64,000 bases of DNA from Octopus vulgaris (lineage: Eukaryota), in NCBI GenBank assembly GCA_951406725.2, contig OX597835.1, positions 744,001 to 808,000 of the forward strand, given 5' to 3'. Position numbers and translations under genes: made by a program. Shown piece by piece: positions 62,930-64,000 of this stretch. The notes beneath the pieces are model-generated. The model saw only the letters and a program-made list of their open reading frames with translations, did no database searches and was not told the origin of the DNA. Position 1 is the stretch's first letter; each line of letters opens with the position of its first letter.

Positions 62930-63560
62930 CACATGCTTACCTTTTAACAAATTTGCTAGAAGGCAGCAGTTCTTTCTCAACCCTCACTTTCCTTTTCAAG
63001 TGGAATTTGAAAAAAAAGAAGTTGATGAGAGTTAAATCATAGAAGGTGTCTGTCTTTGGCACTTTCAACCTGGTTCACCCAAAACCTCTTTCACTATAGC
63101 ATCCAGACAAATAAACACTACCTGTTCTTCTTGGACAAAGAAGGGTGGCAGGGTAATCTTCACAATGGGATCACCTGATAAATGGATCTGTTCCACATAT
63201 GATAGCAGGTGTTCATAAACCTATAAGTCAGCAATGCCTGGGTACAGGAGGAGTACAACAGAACTGTTTTGTTGCTCTGTGTGTATCTCAGGTAGGCCCA
63301 GTTGACAGCACTTCCATACCTGTAGAATTTATCTCGAACCAGCAATGTCCCCCAGTAGCACTGTTAAACCAGAGATTTCTGGAAGTTATTCAGGGGCCCA
63401 AAAGTCCTCCTGAACAGACCAGCCAATTGATTTTCATCTATGTCCAGAGTCCTTCTTAGCCATACTTTGTGACTTTTTTTTAAAATGCATAGATGTTTAG
63501 AAAATAAAACAAATTCTGCCCCAGGAGGGCAAACATTTAACAAAGCCATCTAGTCTCAGT
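62930..63560 (-). mobile_element. Tx1/L1-type LINE 3' fragment
   Basis: DENQLAGLF...NNFQKSL, LVRDKFYR and RVEKELLPSSKFVKR are homologous to 30240-30790. Confidence 0.72.
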
Positions 63561-63689
63561 GGTAGTTGTTTGGCTTATTAACAATATTTTACAACAAAAA
63601 GATGTTCTTGAAAATAACAAAATTCAACAATAAGTCACAAAATGATGTTCTCTCCTGGCAAGCATGATGATGATGATGAAGATGATGAT

Positions 63690-64000
63690 ATGATAAAACA
63701 GATAAGAAGCCGAAACCTAACCAACAAGATATCACTCTACTATGGAAGGCGTCCAAAGGATGGACCCTCATCAACACAGCTATACCTACAGGCCTGAATA
63801 TTGTGAAGGCGGGGAATGAGAAAGTTGAAAAGTACTAAGCCTAGCACTGGAAGAGAAACACATCCATAGAGCCTCAAAAGTAAGTGTAAAACCTATCATG
63901 ATTGGTGCACTTGGGACCATCTCAACGAAAGAAGTGTTTAGACATGTAAAACTGAAAATACCAGACTTGAAAGGAAATACCCAGTTGGCAGCAATACTCA
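63690..64000 (+). mobile_element. Third, highly decayed RLE-type (R4-like) fragment
   Basis: EKVEKY...VKPIMIGALG motifs. Confidence 0.55.

Noticed and set aside
62938-63010. Possible upstream cadherin exon (AAG|GTAAGC donor on the minus strand)
   Set aside because: The translation matches the Tx1-like LINE C-terminus (RVEKELLPSSKFVKR), not a cadherin.

Overview
This is AT-rich animal genomic DNA, dense in microsatellites and transposons. The SINE/LINE families and the (TA)n, (CA)n and (GAT)n load look like an octopus/cephalopod genome, which is an inference. The window lies inside one long minus-strand gene. I reconstructed by hand 21 GT-AG exons between 59090 and 4564 whose splice phases all join in frame, giving 4074 nt, about 1358 aa and roughly 13 extracellular cadherin (EC) repeats. 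No signal peptide, transmembrane segment or stop codon falls in the window, so this is the middle of a large atypical (Fat/Dachsous/CDH23-like or cephalopod giant) cadherin. The introns hold decayed R4/Dong, RTE, CR1, Tx1/L1 and Penelope retroelements, several tRNA-derived SINE families, mariner, Chapaev-like, piggyBac-like and Helitron elements, and two long minisatellites. The most notable non-gene signals are Penelope-type minimal hammerhead ribozyme motifs on the pre-mRNA strand, a 38-bp minisatellite with a CpG-decay signature, a 124-bp near-perfect palindrome, and inverted RTE 3' ends. Most ORFs in the supplied track are microsatellite artefacts. I see no prokaryotic or CRISPR system.
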